64,000 nucleotides of DNA from assembly GCA_965248695.1 (NCBI GenBank), contig CBDFKD010000002.1, positions 3,328,001 through 3,392,000 of the forward strand, read 5' to 3'. Shown here in pieces: positions 29,321-38,211 of this stretch. The notes beneath the pieces were generated by a model, which was not told where the DNA came from, searched no databases, and saw only the letters and a program-made list of their open reading frames with translations. Origin of the DNA: Acidobacteriota bacterium. Lineage in GTDB: Bacteria; Acidobacteriota; UBA890; WLXD01. Every line of letters starts with the position of its first letter. Position 1 is the first letter of the stretch. The translations under genes and the position numbers were made by a program.

Positions 29321-30619
29321 ATGCGTATCGCCTACATCACGGCCGGCGCCGCGGGGATGTACTGCGGTAGCTGTCTGCACGACAACACGCTTGCAGCGGC
29401 GCTGCAGCAGCGCGGACACGACGTTGCGCTGATTCCCATGTACACGCCGATTCGCACCGACGAAGACGATGTGAGCATCGACCGCGTCTTCTACGGCGCC
29501 GTCAACGTCTACCTGGAACAACGCTGGAAGCTGTTCCAGCGCAGCCCCGGCTTCTTGCACTGGCTGCTCGATCGGCCAGCCTTGCTGCGCGGCGTCTTAC
29601 GCCTGGCGGGCCCGAGCGCCACCCAGGGCGAGGAACTCGGGCAGCTGGCGCTGTCGGTGTTGCGCGGCGAGGACGGCCGTCAGCGTCCGGAGCTCGAGCG
29701 GCTGGTGGCGTGGCTGCGGGACGATTTCAAGCCGCAGATCGTTCACATAACCAACGCCCTCTTGCTCGGGCTGGCGCGCAGCCTCAAGCGCGAGCTTAGT
29801 GTGCCGGTGTTGTGCGGCGTCCAGGGCGAGGACCTGTTCATCGACGAGATAGTGGAGCCTTACCGAACACGCTTCGTGTCGGAGTTGCGGGCCCATGCCA
29901 TCGATGTCGACGGGTTCGTGGCACCGAATCGGTACTACGCTGACCACGTACGCGGCTACCTCGGGACAGCAGCCGAGAAGATTCGCGTGGTCAGACTCGG
30001 AGTCACACTGCACGGCCGCGAGACCCGAGCACGGCCCGCCGATGCCCCGTTCACCATCGGGTTTCTCGCCAGGCAATGTCCGGAAAAGGGACTCCACCGT
30101 CTCATCGCTGCTTTCCGTCAGCTGACCCAGCGCGCCGCCGATCAACCGATCCGCCTGCGCGTCGCCGGGTATGTGGGCAAGCGGGACGCGGCGTACGTGG
30201 ATGAGCAGCGACGCCTGGTGGCCGACCAGGGCTTGTCGGGCCAGGTCGATTGGGTCGGCGAGGTCGACCGCGACGCCAAGATGCAGTTTCTCGGTTCCAT
30301 TGACGTCCTCTGCCTGCCGACTGTCTACAGAGAATCCAAGGGACTGCCAGCGCTCGAGGCGATGGCCAGCTCCGTGCCCGTGGTAGTGCCCGCACACGGC
30401 GGCTTCCCTGAGCTCATCGAGTGGACCGGCGGTGGACTGTTGTTCGATCCAGACTCGGAGGAGGCCGTGGTGGACGCGCTCGAAGCGCTAATGCGCGATC
30501 CTGAGCGACGCCGTGAGCTCGGGCGCGCCGGTAGGCAGGTTGTCGAGCGCGAGCTCTCTGATGAAGCAATGGCGGCGGCAACGCTGCGTGAGTACGAGCG
30601 GTGGGTATGCACGAGCTGA
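29321..30619 (+). CDS. Glycosyltransferase family 4
   Basis: RQCPEKG, ESKGLPALEAMA (EX7E); unusual N-terminal GMYCGSC. Confidence 0.9.
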   Translation: MRIAYITAGAAGMYCGSCLHDNTLAAALQQRGHDVALIPMYTPIRTDEDDVSIDRVFYGAVNVYLEQRWKLFQRSPGFLHWLLDRPALLRGVLRLAGPSATQGEELGQLALSVLRGEDGRQRPELERLVAWLRDDFKPQIVHITNALLLGLARSLKRELSVPVLCGVQGEDLFIDEIVEPYRTRFVSELRAHAIDVDGFVAPNRYYADHVRGYLGTAAEKIRVVRLGVTLHGRETRARPADAPFTIGFLARQCPEKGLHRLIAAFRQLTQRAADQPIRLRVAGYVGKRDAAYVDEQRRLVADQGLSGQVDWVGEVDRDAKMQFLGSIDVLCLPTVYRESKGLPALEAMASSVPVVVPAHGGFPELIEWTGGGLLFDPDSEEAVVDALEALMRDPERRRELGRAGRQVVERELSDEAMAAATLREYERWVCTS

Positions 30620-31026
30620 CGATTCAACGCAAAGTCGAGTTCTCTGACACGGACATGGCGGGAATTGTGCACTTCTCCCGACTGATCGTATTCATGGAGA
30701 ACGCCGAGCATGCGTTCATCGAAGCCCTTGGCGCGAGCGTGCATATGGACCACGATGGGGTACATCTTGGATGGCCACGCGTCGCGGTGGAGGCACAGTT
30801 CAAGTCGCCGGCACGGTTCAACGATGTCGTCGACATCCACCTGCGGGTGCTGCGCAAGGGAAGCAAGGCGCTGACGTACGGGTTCACCATCTGCGTCGGC
30901 GACCGCCTGGTCGGTACCGGGACCATGACATCAGTCTGCTGTGCGATGGAGGAATCGGGGCCACGGGCCATCGAGATTCCCGCTTTCCTCGCCGATCAGA
31001 TCCAGGAAGCTGGGAGCGTCGAGTAG
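30607..31026 (+). CDS. Hotdog-fold acyl-CoA thioesterase (4-HBT/YbgC-like)
   Basis: VEFSDTDMAGIVHF...ENAE. Confidence 0.88.
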   Translation: MHELTIQRKVEFSDTDMAGIVHFSRLIVFMENAEHAFIEALGASVHMDHDGVHLGWPRVAVEAQFKSPARFNDVVDIHLRVLRKGSKALTYGFTICVGDRLVGTGTMTSVCCAMEESGPRAIEIPAFLADQIQEAGSVE

Positions 31027-31053
31027 CCAGATCGACGGATCCGGAGGAATCGC

Positions 31054-31722
31054 GTGGACCTGCAGGTTGCCAACGTCGTCAAGCAATTCGAGATCGGCGA
31101 GTTGACCGTGCCGGTGCTCGACGGGGTGTCGTTCGACGTTGCCGCGGGCGACTCGGCGGCCATCATGGGGCCCTCGGGCTCCGGCAAGAGCACGCTGCTG
31201 CATATCATCGGCACACTCGAGCCACCGACGAACGGCACGGTGAAGATCGGTGGTCGCGAGCCCCTCGGTCTGAGCGAGCCGGACATGGCGCGATTTCGTA
31301 ACGAGTCCATCGGCTTCGTCTTTCAGGATCATCATCTCCTGCCTCAATACAGCGTGCTCGAGAACACGCTCGTGCCCACGCTGGCTTTCGGCGGACGCGA
31401 AGCCGGTGATGAACGCGCCCGGCGGCTGTTGGGGCGTGTCGGGTTGGGCCATCGACTCGACCATCGGCCAGCGCAGCTGTCCGGCGGCGAGCGCCAGCGG
31501 GTAGCGATCGCGCGTGCCTTGATCAATCAGCCGGCGGTGCTGCTTTGCGACGAGCCGACCGGGAACCTCGATCGCCACACTGCCGATGCGGTCGCGGATT
31601 TGCTGCTGGAGTTGCATGAGCACGAGTCCAACGTGCTCTTGGTGGTGACGCACAGCTCAGATCTGGCGCAGCGTTTCAGACGCCGGCTGGAGTTGCGGGA
31701 GGGCCGGTGCATAGAGGGCTGA
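31054..31722 (+). CDS. ABC transporter ATP-binding protein (LolD/MacB type)
   Basis: GPSGSGKS, FVFQ, LSGGERQR, LCDEPTGNLD, VTH. Confidence 0.93.
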   Translation: MDLQVANVVKQFEIGELTVPVLDGVSFDVAAGDSAAIMGPSGSGKSTLLHIIGTLEPPTNGTVKIGGREPLGLSEPDMARFRNESIGFVFQDHHLLPQYSVLENTLVPTLAFGGREAGDERARRLLGRVGLGHRLDHRPAQLSGGERQRVAIARALINQPAVLLCDEPTGNLDRHTADAVADLLLELHEHESNVLLVVTHSSDLAQRFRRRLELREGRCIEG

Positions 31723-34700
31723 CGCATCACTGGCGAGTCAACATCACCGTGGCGCTGGCGGTTGCCGTGTGCACGGCGGTGCTGACCGGAGCCCTGCTGG
31801 TGGGCGATTCCGTGCGCGCCAGCCTGCGCGATCTCACCCTCGACCGTCTCGGCCATATCGACTCGTCGCTCGTGGCCGAGCGCTTCTTCCGCGCCGACCT
31901 CGCCGGCGAGATCGCCGCCCAGCCTGATTTCGACCCCGACTTCGAGCGCGTCGTGGGCGCCATCTTGCTAAGAGGCAACGCCGTCCACGCCGGCTCCCGG
32001 GCACGCGCCGCGCAGATCAACGTCCTGGGTATCGACGAGGCATTCGCCGAAATGTTTGCCGAGCCGACCACGTCCGAGGTGTTTCAGCACCAGACCGGCG
32101 TCACCCCGCCTGCATTGAGCTTCGCGCGCGCCAGCGGCCAGTTATTCCCATCGATCGTCATCAACACAGCGCTGCAGCGCGAGCTCGGAGCCGAGCTCGG
32201 CGACCAGCTGCTGGTTCGCTTCCGGCTCGGAAGTGAGGTGCCGAGAGACACGCTGCTCGGTAGCCGCGAGACCGAGGATGTCGTCGGAACGATACGCACG
32301 AGCCTGATACGGGTCGTGCCCGATCGTGGGATCGGTCGTTTCGACCTCAACCCCCATCAGGCCTCTCCGCTAAGCGCGTTCCTGTCGCTCGATGATCTAC
32401 AAACCGCGCTCGAGCAGGAGGGACGTGTCAACTCGTTGTTGCTGGACCGGCGTGGGGACAGCAACACCGATGCGGATCTGCTGCTGGTGGACACGCTGAC
32501 CCTCGCTGATGTCGGGCTCGAGCTACGCCCGATCGAGCAGCCATCGGGGACGACGCTCATCGAGATCGAGAGCGACGGGTTCGTCCTTCGGCCAGCTCTG
32601 GTCGACACCATCGAGGCCACCGCGGTGGACCTCGGCGCATCCGCGCAGCGTCTGCAGCTGTACATGTCGAACGGCCTGACAATCGCTGACCGGCAGACGC
32701 CGTACTCGATGGTGCTGGCGATGGAGATCGTGGACGACGCGACACCGTTTGACGGTCTCCAGCTGGCTGGTGGCGGGCCGGTGCCGGCACTGGCAGACGA
32801 CGAGATTCTGCTCAACGAATGGACCGCTACCGACCTCGGCGCTGAGGTGGGTGACGAGCTGCGAATGACCTACTACGTCGTCGGGCTCGACGAGCAGCTA
32901 CGGTCCGAAGAGACCGCCTTTCGAGTTGCCGGCGTCGTCGCGATGCACGGGCTGGCGGTCGACAACGAGCTCACCCCCGAGTATCCGGGCATCGAGGGGG
33001 TCGACAACATTGCCGACTGGGAGCCACCGTTCCCCGTCGATCTGAGCGTCATCCGCGACGTCGACGAGGAGTACTGGGACGCCTACCGTGGTACGCCGAA
33101 GTCCTTCGTTACCGCCAGCACCGGCAGGCGGCTGTGGAGCACGCGCTACGGTGCCACGACCACCGTCCGGGTGGCGCTACCCGCGGGCGCCGATGCCGCG
33201 ACGTTTGCCACCGAGCTGGGCTCGAAGCTGCTGCAACGACTGCAACCCGCCGACTACGGTTTCAGGTTCGTCGACATCAAGGCGCAGGGTCTCGAGGCGG
33301 CGGCGGGGGCTAACGACTTCGGCCAACTGTTCCTCGCCTTCAGCTTCTTCCTCATCCTGTCGGCGCTAATGATCGTCGGCCTGCTGTTCACGCTCGGCAT
33401 CGAACGGCGCGGCAAGGAGATCGGACTGCTGCTGTCGGTCGGTTATCCGCTCAAGAGGGTGCAGCGGAGATTCCTCGTCGAGGGGACGGTGATCGCGCTG
33501 CTGGGCGGCGCCGCCGGGCTGGGCGCGGCAGTGTTGTACGGCAACCTCATGCTGTGGGGGTTGCGGACGATCTGGCTGGCGGCGGTGGGCTCGCCGCTCC
33601 TGTACCTGCACGTGTTGCCGGCCACACTTCTCGTCGGGCTCGTTATTTCCACCATGGCCGCTGTCGGCTCGATCTGGACAGCCGTGCGTCGTTTGCGGCG
33701 CCTGCCGCCGACCCGACTTCTAAGCGGCGTCACCCGCCTGCCTGCCGCCCAGCTCACGCAGCGGCGCCGGCCTTGGCTGGCGGCGACCTGCTTCGTCGCC
33801 GCGCTGGCGCTGCTGGCCTTCGCGCTCGCCGCTGGCCAGACGGCCAACCCGGCCATCGCTTTCGGCATCGGGGCGTTGCTGCTGATCGGCGGGCTGGCGA
33901 CGTTCGCAGCCTGGTGTCGGCGCCCGCACGGCCGCCTCAGCAGCGCCCGATTCGCGGCCGTCGGCATGGCAGTTCGGAGCAGTTCGTGGAACCCGAGCCG
34001 CAGCATCCTCAGTGTGGCGCTGGTGGCGTCGGCGTGCTTTGTCATCGTCACCGTGGCTGGCAACACGCGCGACCCGGGCCGCGAGGCCCACGTCATCGAG
34101 GAGGGTGCCGGCGGCTACGAGCTGATGGCAGTCGCCGACGTCCCGGTTCATCAGAACCTCAACGACGCCGCGGGACGCTTCGATCTCGGTTTCGACGCTG
34201 ATGCCGAGACGTACATGGACGCCGTGCGCATAGAGCAACTCCGGCTGGTGCCGGGCGACGACGCTAGCTGCCTCAACCTGTACCAACCGCGTCGACCGCG
34301 ATTGCTCGGGGTCCCGGACAGCCACATCGATCGAGGCGGCTTCCGATTCGCACAAGTGAGCGCCGACCTGGATTCGACCGGCAACCCATGGGAGCTACTA
34401 CGCACCGACCTGGGCCCCGGTGTGATCCCCGCCATCGGCGACGCCAACTCGATGCAGTGGATTCTCAAGCTACCGGTCGACGGTGAGCTGATGATCGAGG
34501 ACGAGCACGGCGAGCCGCTAATGCTACGACTGGTCGGAACGGTGCAGGAGAGCATCTTCCAGAGCGAGCTGCTGATCTCCGAGGCCAACCTGTTGCGCTA
34601 CTTCCCGAGTCGAAGTGGCTTCTCGTACTTCCTCATCGATACGCCCGCCGGGCGCCACTCGGAGGTCACCGCGGCGCTGGAGGACCGGCTCGACCGGTTC

Positions 34701-35141
34701 GGTTTCGACGTCACCCGAACGGCCGACAGGATTGCCGGCTTCCTGGTAGTGCAGAACACCTACCTGTCGACATTCCAGGCGCTGGGAGGGCTAGGCTTGC
34801 TGCTCGGCACCATGGGACTGGGCATCGTCCTGGTGCGCAACGTGATCGAGCGCCGCGGTGAGCTCGCCACGCTGCGCGCCTTCGGGTTCCGGCGTGCTTT
34901 TCTGTCGCGCATGGTGCTCGCAGAAAACGCGTTTCTGCTCACCGTTGGCACGCTGATCGGCACCGTGGCGGCGCTGCTGGCGATCGCCCCGCGGTTCGCC
35001 CTCGGGACGTCCGAGCTACCGTGGGCCGCCCTGCTACCGACCCTGGCTGCAGTCCTCGTGGTCGGCATGCTCGCAAGCCTGGTTGCCGTGCTCGGCGCGC
35101 TGCGCGTGCCGCTGCTCCCGGCCCTCAAGGCGGAGCGTTGA
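31707..35141 (+). CDS. Large duplicated FtsX/MacB-type ABC permease (1144 aa)
   Basis: Two TM blocks with ERRGKEIGLL.SVG and ERRGELATLRAFGF, separated by large periplasmic domains. Confidence 0.88.
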   Translation: MHRGLTHHWRVNITVALAVAVCTAVLTGALLVGDSVRASLRDLTLDRLGHIDSSLVAERFFRADLAGEIAAQPDFDPDFERVVGAILLRGNAVHAGSRARAAQINVLGIDEAFAEMFAEPTTSEVFQHQTGVTPPALSFARASGQLFPSIVINTALQRELGAELGDQLLVRFRLGSEVPRDTLLGSRETEDVVGTIRTSLIRVVPDRGIGRFDLNPHQASPLSAFLSLDDLQTALEQEGRVNSLLLDRRGDSNTDADLLLVDTLTLADVGLELRPIEQPSGTTLIEIESDGFVLRPALVDTIEATAVDLGASAQRLQLYMSNGLTIADRQTPYSMVLAMEIVDDATPFDGLQLAGGGPVPALADDEILLNEWTATDLGAEVGDELRMTYYVVGLDEQLRSEETAFRVAGVVAMHGLAVDNELTPEYPGIEGVDNIADWEPPFPVDLSVIRDVDEEYWDAYRGTPKSFVTASTGRRLWSTRYGATTTVRVALPAGADAATFATELGSKLLQRLQPADYGFRFVDIKAQGLEAAAGANDFGQLFLAFSFFLILSALMIVGLLFTLGIERRGKEIGLLLSVGYPLKRVQRRFLVEGTVIALLGGAAGLGAAVLYGNLMLWGLRTIWLAAVGSPLLYLHVLPATLLVGLVISTMAAVGSIWTAVRRLRRLPPTRLLSGVTRLPAAQLTQRRRPWLAATCFVAALALLAFALAAGQTANPAIAFGIGALLLIGGLATFAAWCRRPHGRLSSARFAAVGMAVRSSSWNPSRSILSVALVASACFVIVTVAGNTRDPGREAHVIEEGAGGYELMAVADVPVHQNLNDAAGRFDLGFDADAETYMDAVRIEQLRLVPGDDASCLNLYQPRRPRLLGVPDSHIDRGGFRFAQVSADLDSTGNPWELLRTDLGPGVIPAIGDANSMQWILKLPVDGELMIEDEHGEPLMLRLVGTVQESIFQSELLISEANLLRYFPSRSGFSYFLIDTPAGRHSEVTAALEDRLDRFGFDVTRTADRIAGFLVVQNTYLSTFQALGGLGLLLGTMGLGIVLVRNVIERRGELATLRAFGFRRAFLSRMVLAENAFLLTVGTLIGTVAALLAIAPRFALGTSELPWAALLPTLAAVLVVGMLASLVAVLGALRVPLLPALKAER

Positions 35142-35470
35142 TGACCGGCGACGAACCGAGCGCCTGGCACGAGGTATACGACATCGTGCGGCAGATCCCC
35201 TCCGGGCGAGTGATGAACTACGGTCAGGTGGCCGAGCTTCATTCGCGGCCATTGACCCCGCGCGCTGTCGGCTGGGCCATGCACGACTGCCCGGACGACG
35301 TTCCGTGGCATCGAGTCGTGAACGTGCGCGGAGAGTGCTCGACCGACCGCGTCACACCAACTGCCCCGGGGCGCCAGCGGGGGCGACTGGAAGCCGAGGG
35401 GGTGCGGTTCGGTACCGATGGACGGGTCGACATGGCGTGTCACCGCTGGCGACCGGACGACGACCTCTAG
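35141..35470 (+). CDS. Alkyltransferase-like protein (ATL, MGMT family)
   Basis: VRQIPSGRVMNYGQVA, PRAVGWAM, PWHRV (Trp replacing catalytic Cys); TGATG coupling. Confidence 0.88.
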   Translation: MTGDEPSAWHEVYDIVRQIPSGRVMNYGQVAELHSRPLTPRAVGWAMHDCPDDVPWHRVVNVRGECSTDRVTPTAPGRQRGRLEAEGVRFGTDGRVDMACHRWRPDDDL

Positions 35471-36933
35471 TGGCCTGTATCTTTCGATGGCAGACGTACC
35501 GATTCGTCGCCGGGCGTGGCCGGCTCGTCGCTGATCTCAGTCAAGGCGCGATCGAACGCAACCACGGTGGCGTCGATATCGGCGGAGCTCGTGCGGTAGT
35601 TGCAGATGCAGGCACGCACCACCTCCGCCCCGCTCGGCAACCGAACCGTCGAGGCCCAGGCCTGGCCCGAGGCAACGACCCGCGCCACCACCTCGGACGC
35701 CGTGACAAGCCCCGATTCAATCCGAGGATGGCTGAAGCAGACCAGCGGCAGCGGCGTACGGTTGCACAACAACCAGCCGGACTCCTGCAGCCGCTCCCGT
35801 AGCCTCTGGCCCATTTCGGCCTGGTGGTCGACGCGCTCACCGTAGCCCTGCAGTCCGACCTCGGCCAGCGCCATGAACACCTTCAACCCGATGAACCGCC
35901 GACTCCATTGCCAAGAAACCATGTACGGGTCGTCGGCACCCTCGGGGCTGGGCGGTATGTACGTTGCGTCGACCTCGAAAGCCGCCCGTACCGCCGCCGG
36001 GCGGCGGCTGAAGAACATGCCCGCGGCCATCGGCACCGAGAGCCACTTGTGGGCGTCCCAGGTCATCGAATCCGCCGACTCGATTCCGGCGAGTACCGGC
36101 CTGAGACGCTCCGACAGCAAAGCCCCACCACCCCAGGCAGCGTCGGCGTGCATCCAGAGATGCTCTTCGCGGGCGATCTCAGCGATCGATTCGAGCGGAT
36201 CAATCACTCCCGTCGAGGTCGTACCAGCGGTGGCAACCACCAGAAACGGATGCTCGCCGCGCGCCCGGTCTCGGCGCAGCTGCTCGCGCAGCGCCGACAC
36301 ATCCATGCGGAAGTCGTCGTCGACCGGAACCCGCCGCACCGCGTTGCGGCCCAGGCCGCAGGCCACGGCGATCTTCGGAAAGCTATCGTGACCCTGTGTC
36401 GAGAGATACAGGGTCGGCTGCGCCGGTAGCGCCCGCAGCCCGGTCTTCGGCAGCGACGGGAAGGCGGCAACCAGCGCCGCAAGGGTTGCAGTCCCGTTTG
36501 CCTCGGCCCCGCCGCTGGTGAAATGGGCCATGCCACCATCGAGATCGAGGTCGAAGAGTCGCCCCAGCGCCACGAGTACCAAGCGCTCGATCTCCTGGGC
36601 AGCGGGCGAATGGTCCCACGCTGCGAGCTGTGGATTGAACAGCGCCACGAGCGCGTCGGCAACCACCGTGATCGCTGGTACCGCCGGATTGAACAGGCCG
36701 AAATAGCGCGGGTGCGTCACCTGCACCGTCTCGGCCTTCAGACGCTCGATCACCCGCGTGACGAGCTCGTCGACGGAGGTCGGGCGCGACAGGTCGAAGA
36801 GAGCGCCGATCCGGGATCGAACCTCGTGCACGGCGCGCGGCTCGGAGACCGGCCCCTCAGCGACCTTCGCGTTCGTCGCCGACACGACCTGGCGCAGGCG
36901 CCGCAGCGCCGCCGCCAGCTCTGCCTCAGACAT
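35467..36933 (-). CDS. Group II PLP-dependent decarboxylase
   Basis: HPRYFG, FTSGGAEAN, TAGTTSTG.IDP, HADAAWGG, DAHKW; likely ATG 36933 overlapping the upstream stop. Confidence 0.9.
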   Translation of the reverse strand: MSEAELAAALRRLRQVVSATNAKVAEGPVSEPRAVHEVRSRIGALFDLSRPTSVDELVTRVIERLKAETVQVTHPRYFGLFNPAVPAITVVADALVALFNPQLAAWDHSPAAQEIERLVLVALGRLFDLDLDGGMAHFTSGGAEANGTATLAALVAAFPSLPKTGLRALPAQPTLYLSTQGHDSFPKIAVACGLGRNAVRRVPVDDDFRMDVSALREQLRRDRARGEHPFLVVATAGTTSTGVIDPLESIAEIAREEHLWMHADAAWGGGALLSERLRPVLAGIESADSMTWDAHKWLSVPMAAGMFFSRRPAAVRAAFEVDATYIPPSPEGADDPYMVSWQWSRRFIGLKVFMALAEVGLQGYGERVDHQAEMGQRLRERLQESGWLLCNRTPLPLVCFSHPRIESGLVTASEVVARVVASGQAWASTVRLPSGAEVVRACICNYRTSSADIDATVVAFDRALTEISDEPATPGDESVRLPSKDTGH

Positions 36934-37816
36934 ACCCGGCCGCCAGCTCGCTGTCAGCCACGTACGGCGGCCTGTGGGCGGCTTCCCAGCCGAGCATCGC
37001 GATCTTACGGGCCGGGTCCCAGCGGTAGCCACCGAAGTCACCGTCGGCGCGCAAAACGCGATGGCAGGGAATCAGAAAGGCGATCCGGTTGCTGGCGATT
37101 GCGCTCGCTACTGCGCGCCGTGCCGTGGGCTTGCCGATCGCCGTCGCGACGTCGCCGTACGATACGACCGAGCCGTGCGGAACTGCCAGCAAAGCGCTCC
37201 ACACCTGGATCTGGAAATTGGTACCGCGCAGCAGCAGCCGAACCGGAGACTCGGTGCGATCGAAGGCGAACGCCCGAGATGCCGCCGTCGCGGTGCCGGC
37301 ATCGTCACGCAGCAGCTCCGCTGCCCGCCAGTCGCCGGCAAGATCGTCGACCGCAGCGCCGCGCCCGCGATCATCGATGAACGTCAGGGCCACGATTCCA
37401 CGTTCGCTCGCGGCGATCAGAAAATCGCCGAAGCTGGATTCATGGAACCCGTAGCGCAGCTCCAGACCGGCACCGCCAGACTTGTATTCACCGGGTGTGA
37501 CCGCTTCGGCGCTGACGAACAGGTCGTGCAGCCTGGAGGGCCCGGAAAGACCGGTCTCGAACGACGCCTCGAGCACCGACGCCGATTCGCGCAGGAGCCG
37601 CTTGGCGTGCTGCACGGTGACGAACTGGAGGAAGCGCTTTGGCGACACGCCGGCCCAATGCCGGAACAACCGCTGGAAATGGAACTTGCTGAGCCCGACG
37701 TGCGCCGCGACGTCGTCCAGCTGAGGCTGCTCGTCGGCGTGAGCGCGCAGATAGCGGATGGCTTCCTGAATGCGGCAATAATCGGCGTTCATCGCGTCCC
37801 CGTCCGGAAATGTCAC
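36926..37816 (-). CDS. Ada-like AraC HTH / methylated-DNA-protein-cysteine methyltransferase (no N-terminal Zn domain)
   Basis: LSKFHFQRLF..WAGVSPK, GTNFQIQVW, IPCHRV active site. Confidence 0.92.
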   Translation of the reverse strand: MTFPDGDAMNADYCRIQEAIRYLRAHADEQPQLDDVAAHVGLSKFHFQRLFRHWAGVSPKRFLQFVTVQHAKRLLRESASVLEASFETGLSGPSRLHDLFVSAEAVTPGEYKSGGAGLELRYGFHESSFGDFLIAASERGIVALTFIDDRGRGAAVDDLAGDWRAAELLRDDAGTATAASRAFAFDRTESPVRLLLRGTNFQIQVWSALLAVPHGSVVSYGDVATAIGKPTARRAVASAIASNRIAFLIPCHRVLRADGDFGGYRWDPARKIAMLGWEAAHRPPYVADSELAAGYV

Positions 37817-37902
37817 GTTGTCAGAATGAAGCCTACGCTAAGCCCGACGCCGATTGAGAGCGACCCGATAGTTGCTTCTTGCGAGGGTTAACGTCGACGG
37901 GC

Positions 37903-37973
37903 TGAAACTTCCACCGCTGTTTGCGCGAATAAGTAGATACGGGAGCAACCGAAACCGCTGCTCGCGCGTCTAA
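37903..37973 (+). promoter_or_regulatory. Tandem ECF-sigma-type promoters
   Basis: TGAAAC-N17-CGAATAA (37903-37932) and GCAACC-N16-CGTCTAA (37945-37973). Confidence 0.55.
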
Positions 37974-38003
37974 CACGACAGGAAAGGCAATCAGACTACG
38001 AAG

Positions 38004-38046
38004 CCCGGGTCGTCGGGCCGGAGCACGGGGGGCTCGACGACCCGGG
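38004..38046. other. Strong GC-rich hairpin in a presumptive 5' leader
   Basis: CCCGGGTCGTCGGGCC / GGCTCGACGACCCGGG, 16-bp stem with one G-U; no U-tract. Confidence 0.6.
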
Positions 38047-38064
38047 ACATGAAGGACTAGTGAA

Positions 38065-38211
38065 ATGGTAGATCAGGTCATCCCACTGGCACTCGCGGCG
38101 CTGGCGCTATGGTCCGGCTGGACCGTTGTCAGAACAGCGATCGAGTTGCGCCGTGAGCTGGCGGGGGTGCAGGTTCGGCGCGCGTCGCGACTTCCTGGTC
38201 GCCTGCGCTAA
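38065..38211 (+). CDS. Small 48-aa single-TM protein (below the ORF-track cutoff)
   Basis: AAGGA RBS; MVDQVIPLALAALALWSGWTVVRTAIELRRELAGVQVRRASRLPGRLR*. Confidence 0.55.
   Translation: MVDQVIPLALAALALWSGWTVVRTAIELRRELAGVQVRRASRLPGRLR

Noticed and set aside
3814-30619. Mycofactocin-like system (creatininase, radical SAM, glycosyltransferase, Fe-ADH)
   Set aside because: The radical SAM is HemN-like rather than SPASM, there is no MftA/MftB-like gene, and the creatininase lies 15 kb away in another operon.
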